Positions 61,801 through 64,000 of a stretch of DNA of 64,000 bases are shown here, piece after piece (positions within the stretch are counted from its first letter, which is position 1; each line of letters opens with the position of its first letter). The notes under the pieces are model-generated. The model was given only the letters and a program-made list of their open reading frames with translations. It did no database searches and was not told the DNA's origin. The stretch comes from Protoeuglena noctilucae (lineage: Eukaryota), in NCBI GenBank assembly GCA_958009085.1, contig OY253685.1:806001-870000 (forward strand), read 5' to 3'. The position numbers and the translations under genes were made by a program.

Positions 61801-64000
61801 CCACGCATACCCCGACTCTCCATCTTCCCCACCTGTGCTTAGATTTCTCCATACATCACCATACATCACCCTTACTCCCCCCATTCTCCCTCACCTTCCC
61901 CAGCTGCGCGGAGAGGTCCTTGGTGGTCTCGGTCTTGCCCGTCCCCGCCGGCCCCGCGGGTGCGGTGCCCATGGACAGCCAGCACGCCTGCGTGGCCGTG
62001 ATGTAGATGCGGTCGGTGAGGGGGGTGATGACCAGGCGAGGCCCGTTGCCCAGGTACTCGTAGCCGTAGGGGAAGAAGGCGTCGCAGATGCGGATACGGC
62101 AGTCCTGCACCGACTGGTCCCAGTACGAGCGCAGCTGGGGGGGCGGAGAGAGAGATGGGGTGAGGGATGCCGAGGGAGTGGTGGCGGCATGTGAACGATG
62201 AGGTAAGAGATGCAGTGAGCGATGCCATGGGGCATGCAGGGTGGTGGTGGTGATCACGAGCGATGTAAGAGAGCGGTCCATGCATCATGTATGCCACGTG
62301 CTGTGCCCCCTCCGCCATTCTCACCTGGATGGTCCAGAGGAAGGCGTCCACGCGGTCGCACCCCTCGTCGACCATCTTGGCCACGATGTCGCGCGAGTGG
62401 GCGTCGATGGTGATCATGTTCATGACCTTCTGACGGTCCGGCTTGCTCAGATTGGTGCGCGTGACCTCGATCAGCCGCGTCAGCTGCTCCACCTGGAAGG
62501 CGTTGTACGTGCGCAGGGCGTCCTTGTCGCCCGAAGCGACCTTGGCCAGGGCGCTCTCCACCTCCTGCGAGAGTGGCAGGCGAGGGGGGGTGTGGGTGCA
62601 TGGGGACGTGCGGAGGGGGAGCACGGCACATGTGTACACTGGCGGGGGTGCGCATGGGTCCACATGCAGTGTGGGTGCGTTTGGGTGCGCAAGCAGCGTA
62701 GCCACTCGCCTGGCACCAGAAGATCTGCGAGACGACGAGGATGAGCTGGGAGGGCCAGTCGAAGAGCCACTCGTGCCTCTTCTTGACCCCGTAGGCCTTG
62801 ATGGAGTCGGACAGGATGGCCCGCAGCTCCGTGCGCATCTTCTGCACCATGTCCGACATGTACGACTCGACCTTGTTCTCCAGGGCCAGCTCGGACTGGA
62901 AGGGCACCTCCTCTACCCCCACGCACGACACCATGCCGCGCGCGCGGGGCCGCTTGCCCGGCTCGGGCGTCTCCGTGTCGAGGGTGAGGCGCTCGATCGC
63001 CTGGAAGCACTTGCTCATGTGGCGCATCACGCGCACGGGGTTGTTGCCGTTGGACAAAATGTCCAGGAGGTCATTGCGGGACACGAAGTAGAACCTGGAG
63101 TGAGAGAGGGGGTGAGGGGTTCGGGGATTGGGCCGGGGGTGCGTGAGTAGTGGAAGTGGAGAGGAGAGTGTAAGGGCGAGTGCAAGCGCAGGCGAGAGGC
63201 GGTGCTGAGCAGGTGCTGATCAGCCGCGAGTGTGATGCTAATGCTACAACGATGTAAAGCAGGCGACAACACGCAAAGCGAGTGCCAATAAGGTGCCGTC
63301 GAGTCACACACAGTGCGTCGCTACCCCCCAACCCACCCACACCCACCTGGGGAACGCCCGTCGCTTGGACTCCATGTAGTCGGACAGCGCCTTGTCGCAC
63401 AGCTCCAGCTCGCTCTGCAGGTTTTCCAGCTGGGCCATGAGCCCCTCCTTGTTGCAGCACGCCACGCAGTTCTTGACCGCGTGCATCTCCCGCAGGATCT
63501 CCTTCACGCGCCGGTCGATCTCCGCGAACCGCGTGGCCGTGTCAGGCAGCTCCTTCTTGACCTCCTCCGAGTGGATGAAGAGGCTTTCGAGATGCGACCA
63601 CGACCGCTGGATCTCCGTCAGCAGCTGGTTGACGTCGTACACGTTCATCAGCTTGGCGTTCCACCCGAGGATGGCGTCCCGGAACGTGTTCATGTACCGG
63701 TTGGCCATCATCCCCTGCACCAGCACCTGGTTCTCCTCCAGGGCCTCGAAGTCCTCCTCCTTCATTTTCACCATGTGCACGTCCGTCTCCTTGAACCGCT
63801 GGAAGTCCAGCTCCGCCACCGCCCACAGGTCCTCCAGCTTGCGCAGGTTCATCTCCATCTTCTCCTCCTTCTGTGCACGGTCCACGATCTCCCCCACGTC
63901 CTCCTCGAACTTGTGCAGCTCCAGCGCGAGCAAGTCGCCCAGCCGGAAGGACTCGTCGATCACGAACTGCTTCTGCGTGGCCTCCATCAGCAGCGCCCAG
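52870..64000 (-). CDS. ODA11: Axonemal outer-arm dynein heavy chain, alpha type; 5' part lies outside the window
   Basis: Exons 64000-63347, 63094-62710, 62564-62325, 62134-61895, 61616-58146, 57921-54292, 54072-52870. P-loops [24 protein letters not shown] and GVGGSGKQ, followed by stalk, AAA5-6 and C-domain. The AAA1 insert LPGRGLEY...[15 protein letters not shown] and the GTGRT P2 loop are as I recall them for the Chlamydomonas alpha chain. Confidence 0.9.

Overview
GC-rich, intron-rich eukaryotic nuclear DNA, most consistent with a flagellated green alga. The supporting genes are an ODA11-type outer-arm dynein alpha chain, an RKD-type RWP-RK factor, an ABC1K kinase and plastid-type Mpv17 and ThrRS. 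Hand splicing of the ORF track gives 14 multi-exon protein genes: GPR107/108-like 7TM, AFG2B/CDC48B AAA ATPase, Mpv17/PMP22, GCNA-like SprT protease, organellar ThrRS, an orphan coiled-coil protein, Aurora-like kinase, ABC1K kinase, Ctr/COPT copper transporter, RKD factor, a giant Rad5/16-like SNF2-RING helicase spanning a 200-N gap, DCAF4-like WD40, a candidate OEP24-like beta-barrel, and the 3' part of the dynein. No RNA genes, transposons or CRISPR arrays were seen. The most unusual signals are in the introns. (1) About 13 of about 98 hand-called introns use a GC donor, always AG|GC(G/A)AG. (2) At least 10 introns hold diverged tandem 'echo' copies of their own splice junction plus adjacent exon, creating decoy or alternative splice sites. 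(3) Introns deep in long genes switch to a CpG-poor style with a G-rich 5' half and C-rich 3' half. All exon structures are manual predictions without transcript data, and family names come from recalled motifs, not database searches.
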